Assembly (NCBI GenBank): GCA_963725865.1
Contig: CAVSAC010000012.1
Coordinates: forward strand, 352,001-416,000
Source of the DNA: Candidatus Eiseniibacteriota bacterium
GTDB taxonomy: Bacteria; Eisenbacteria; RBG-16-71-46
Reading direction: 5' to 3'
DNA: 64,000 bases
The position numbers and the translations under genes were made by a program. The notes below the pieces were generated by a model. The model saw only the letters and a program-made list of their open reading frames with translations. It did no database searches and was not told the origin of the DNA. Below are positions 60,623-64,000 of the stretch, piece after piece; the first letter of the stretch is position 1; every line of letters begins with the position of its first letter.

Positions 60623-63016
60623 CTATCTCACCACCACCGCCCGCGCCGTCTTCACCCGCACGCCGTCGCTCGCTTCGACCACCGCGCGCGCGAAGTACAT
60701 CCCGCTCGCCAGCCGTCCTGCCGGCACGCCGAACTCGTGGCGGCCCGCTTCGATCATGCCGTCGGCGAGCCGCGCGACCTGGCGCCCGCTCACGTCGTAC
60801 ACCGCGAGCGACACGCGTGAGCGCGCGGGCAGCTCCAGCGCGAACGCCGCGGTGCCGCGCGTGCGCACGGGCACCAGGCGCACTTCGGTGAACGCCGCGC
60901 CGATCGCAGGTCCCGGTCCGACGCCGGTCGAGCCGAGGTAGATCACCTTCACGCTGGTCGGTCCGTACTCGAGCACCACCACGCCGGCCGGGTCGATCCC
61001 GTTGACCGTGATGCTCGAGAACGTCCCGGAGACGCCACCGGCGTCGAGGACGGTGATGGTGTCGCCCACCGACGGTTCGAGGCCGGGGACCGTGAACAGC
61101 CTGAGCACGCCCGAGAGCTGCGCCTGGCCGTCCACCGTCAGCGTGTCGCGCATGCCCGCCACCCGGGCCGCGATGCGCATCGTGGTGCTGCACGCGCCGA
61201 TCAGGGTCAGATCGCCGCCGATGTGCAGGTGTCCGAGCACCGCGACGGGAACGTCCTCGCTCGCCGCGGGATGCGCAGCGGCTCCGTTCGTTCGCGACTG
61301 CGGCACGTCCGTGAACCCGTAGGGCTGAAAGGCGTCCTGCGTCAGCACGACGTTCGCGCCCAGCTCGCCGACCGCCTGGAAGCGCTGGTTCTGCGTGACC
61401 TGCACCGTGCCGCCGCCCGCGATCGTGCCCTGGACCGAGACGAGCGTGCCCTTGGCGAGCAGGGTGTCGCCCACGGGGATCACGATGCTGCCCGAATTCA
61501 CCCAGCTGCCGTTGAGCAGGCCATGCCCGCTGAGCGTGGTGGTGCCGGAGAGGACACCAGTCGGTGCGAACAGTGTCCCGTTCCCGAGCAGGATGGTCCC
61601 TTGCGCCAGCAGCTCGAGGCCGACCTGGAACGTGCCACCGCCGCGCACGTCGAGCGTGCCGGTGGCTCCCTGCTGCAGCGAGTTCGCGACCACGAGCGTG
61701 GCGCTGGAGTCCACCTCGACCACGCCGGCGCCCCCGAGTGAATCGGCCAGGGCCAGGTCGCCGAGCGCGTTGAGCACGGTGCTCGGTCCCGCGACCCGCA
61801 CGCGGCCGGCGCCGCCGCGACCGACGCCCAGCGCGATGGTGGAGCCCGGGGCGGGCGAGACCTGCACGGTGGCCGTGCCTTCGATCCACAGCGTCGGCGA
61901 GCCCACGCTGCTCGAGACGGCGAAGGGGGTCGACTGCTGGATGGTCGAGTTCCCGCTCAGCAGCTGGACCGTGCCGTTGCGCAGCTCGAGCTCGCCGGCG
62001 AGCGAGCTCGGCATGCTGATCGGTCCGCCGAGGATCACGCTGCTGCCCTGCACGCGCAGCGTCCCGTGGTCGCCGTTGCCGCTGATGTGATCGGCGTCCC
62101 CGATCGTGCAGCCGCCGCCGAGCCGGATGGCGCCGGCTTCGAGGGAGAGCAGCCCGATGCCGGCGAGCAGCGCGGTCGGCTCGAAGCCGATCGACGTCGT
62201 GCCGGCGACGTTCATGCCGGGCGTGAGGATGCCGGCGGTCTTGTAGACGCGCAGGGTGCCGGTGCCGCGGCGCGCCACCACGAGCGGGCCCTTCAGGTCC
62301 ACGAAGCCGCCGTTGAAGACGTCCACGCGGGCGGTGCCGCCGTTGGCCACGATCATCCCGCCGCGATCGCCGCCGCCCGCGGCAGTGAGCGTCGACACTC
62401 GCGAGCCCACGTGCGTGAGCGCGTTTCCGCCGGCGACGGTCAGGCTGCAGGTGGTGGCGACCCGCGGGGCGAGCGAGTACCAGCTGTTCGAGATGAACTG
62501 TCCCTCGCCCTGCACGTGGACCGCGCCGAACGTGCCGGTGGTGTCGCCGAACTCGGTCGGTGCGTCGGGGGAGACCGAGACGGCCTGACAGCCGCTGCCG
62601 CTCACGATCAGTCGGCCCGCGCCGGCGTGCCCCACGATCCATTGGTTCGAGCGCACGCGGCCCGCCGCGATGCTCAGGATGCCGCCGTTCTCCACGAACG
62701 CGAAGTTCCGCACGCCGAGGTTGGAGGCGATGCTCATCGCGGGCGTGCCGACGGTCACATCGAGACCGGCCAGCGTGTCCTGCGGCGCGGCCCAGCTCAC
62801 GGTGTAGGCCCCGCCGAGCGTGAAGAAGGCGATGTCCGCCGCCCCGGGGACGAACGCCGGGTTCCAGTTGGCAGCCACGCCCGCCGAGCCGTTCACCGCG
62901 GCGCGCCACACGGTGCTCGCGGCACGGGCGGGAGCGGGCGACAGCGCGGTCGCCATGAAGAGCGCGGCGAGCATCCGCGTGCCGCGCTGGGGGAGCGCGG
63001 CGAGGGAGCGAAGCAT
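60623..63016 (-). CDS. Large secreted Gly/Thr-rich beta-helix (autotransporter-passenger-like) protein with FlgD/T9SS-like C-terminal domain
   Basis: GGAGG RBS; signal peptide; G/T/V-rich beta repeats; DTLTVDG..LSGVL; YDVSGRQV..LASGMYFAR. Confidence 0.75.
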   Translation of the reverse strand: MLRSLAALPQRGTRMLAALFMATALSPAPARAASTVWRAAVNGSAGVAANWNPAFVPGAADIAFFTLGGAYTVSWAAPQDTLAGLDVTVGTPAMSIASNLGVRNFAFVENGGILSIAAGRVRSNQWIVGHAGAGRLIVSGSGCQAVSVSPDAPTEFGDTTGTFGAVHVQGEGQFISNSWYSLAPRVATTCSLTVAGGNALTHVGSRVSTLTAAGGGDRGGMIVANGGTARVDVFNGGFVDLKGPLVVARRGTGTLRVYKTAGILTPGMNVAGTTSIGFEPTALLAGIGLLSLEAGAIRLGGGCTIGDADHISGNGDHGTLRVQGSSVILGGPISMPSSLAGELELRNGTVQLLSGNSTIQQSTPFAVSSSVGSPTLWIEGTATVQVSPAPGSTIALGVGRGGAGRVRVAGPSTVLNALGDLALADSLGGAGVVEVDSSATLVVANSLQQGATGTLDVRGGGTFQVGLELLAQGTILLGNGTLFAPTGVLSGTTTLSGHGLLNGSWVNSGSIVIPVGDTLLAKGTLVSVQGTIAGGGTVQVTQNQRFQAVGELGANVVLTQDAFQPYGFTDVPQSRTNGAAAHPAASEDVPVAVLGHLHIGGDLTLIGACSTTMRIAARVAGMRDTLTVDGQAQLSGVLRLFTVPGLEPSVGDTITVLDAGGVSGTFSSITVNGIDPAGVVVLEYGPTSVKVIYLGSTGVGPGPAIGAAFTEVRLVPVRTRGTAAFALELPARSRVSLAVYDVSGRQVARLADGMIEAGRHEFGVPAGRLASGMYFARAVVEASDGVRVKTARAVVVR

Positions 63017-63133
63017 GTGGACCTCCGGAACGGAGCGGGTTCGGCGAGGAGGCGCGAAGGCGGGGGACCTCGAGCCTGTGCACCCGTTCCTACGTTCCGG
63101 CGCAGCGGAGCGAACGTCCGCCCAGATACGCCT

Positions 63134-63162
63134 GGGGCGGCGTCCCTTCTGGACGCCGCCCC
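63134..63162 (-). terminator. Hairpin downstream of the cold-shock gene
   Basis: Perfect 12-bp stem GGGGCGGCGTCC-N5-GGACGCCGCCCC, 25 nt after the stop. Confidence 0.6.
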
Positions 63163-63187
63163 TTCGGCGCGAGGTGGTACGCGAGCG

Positions 63188-63391
63188 CTAAGCCTTACGG
63201 ACGTTCGCCGCCTGCAGCCCCTTCGGACCGCGGGTCACGTCGAACTCGAGCGACTCACCCTCTGCCAGCGTCTTGAAGCCTTCGCCTGAGATTGCCGAGA
63301 AATGGACGAAGACATCCTCACCGCCATCCGCCTGGGTGATGAAGCCAAAGCCCTTCGCCTCGTTGAACCACTTCACGTTGCCACTAGCCAC
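63188..63391 (-). CDS. cspA: Cold-shock protein
   Basis: [47 protein letters not shown] with GTG start. Confidence 0.95.
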   Translation of the reverse strand: MASGNVKWFNEAKGFGFITQADGGEDVFVHFSAISGEGFKTLAEGESLEFDVTRGPKGLQAANVRKA

Positions 63392-63503
63392 TTGAGACTC
63401 CTGTTGAATCCGGGTCCGAAGACCCTCCTTGCCGCGATATCACGCTGCGGCCGCGTCCGGTCATGGTGACCGTCGCCTCGATCGATGGGGACTGACGCCC
63501 AAC

Positions 63504-63532
63504 AAAAAACCCGCCCGAGAGGTCTCTGGCGG
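63504..63532 (-). terminator. Intrinsic terminator-like hairpin upstream of the csp gene
   Basis: Minus strand CCGCCAGAGACCTCTCGGGCGG followed by GTTTTTT. Confidence 0.55.
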
Positions 63533-63723
63533 ATCTGAACGTCGAATGACACATCCACACACAACCGAAGACAAAGGGACTATCGGTCATCACGCGGCGG
63601 AAGGACAGACAATTCGCGGTGAACCCCGCGCGGCCCCCCGGCGCCAGCGGATTCGCCAATGAAAGGGCACATTCGTCGCGCGGGGGACCCGCCTGGTGGG
63701 TGGCGCCGGCCGCGGGGGGCAGC

Positions 63724-64000
63724 CTACCGCCACGAGTACGTGAACACCGCCTGCACGTAGCGGCCCAGCGTGCGGTCGCGCGAGTCCTGCACGTAGGTCT
63801 CGGTGACGCTGCGGCTGACGCTGCGGTTCTGCTCCAGCACGTCGGTGGCGGTCACGCGCAGCTCGCCCTTCTCGCCCTTCAGGAACTTCTTCCCGACCGA
63901 CGAGTTCCACAGCACGACGTCCTGCCCGTAGGCGGTCGGCACGCCGCTCGTGAGGTTGTGGTTCAGCTCCTGGCGGAACGTCACGCCGGGCCCGACCTCG
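63724..64000 (-). CDS. C-terminus of an outer-membrane beta-barrel (TonB-dependent-receptor-like) protein, partial
   Basis: LWNSSVGKKFLK..ELRVTATDVLEQN..LGRYVQAVFTYSWR. Confidence 0.7.
   Translation of the reverse strand, partial: EVGPGVTFRQELNHNLTSGVPTAYGQDVVLWNSSVGKKFLKGEKGELRVTATDVLEQNRSVSRSVTETYVQDSRDRTLGRYVQAVFTYSWR

Overview
Very GC-rich bacterial chromosomal window. The many secreted proteins with a C-terminal FlgD-Ig/T9SS-like domain and one 'SWGRIKSLY' tail suggest an FCB-group candidate lineage such as Eisenbacteria (inference only). About 55 genes are visible; I saw no rRNA, tRNA, CRISPR array or integrase. Main blocks: (1) uup, yaeQ and an HI0933-family flavoprotein. The 3' part of the flavoprotein gene is duplicated 11.2 kb downstream, and the two copies bracket an 8-gene lipid/glycolipid cluster (extended SDR, OleA/FabH-like condensing enzyme, HpnI-like GT2, TMTC-like GT-C, ABC exporter, DoxX, PlsC-like acyltransferase). 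The second copy carries a 1.37-kb integrase-less ArsR-SRPBCC cassette with attL/attR-like junctions. (2) Secreted beta-propeller proteins, a Ser/Thr kinase, a haloperoxidase-like protein, MacAB-like efflux and phosphoketolase. (3) A histidine kinase/receiver/sigma-54 activator operon beside five small envelope genes preceded by four -24/-12 promoters. (4) GlxA/DJ-1, a cupin, and an HNH + RNase-H-like nuclease pair. (5) An ECF sigma/zinc-finger anti-sigma/TPR-CHAT protease/FG-GAP surface protein locus with a shared ECF-like promoter motif. (6) NHL and beta-helix secreted proteins and a cold-shock gene. Several single-base frameshifts in otherwise intact genes are probably assembly errors. All family calls come from motif recognition by eye, not database searches.
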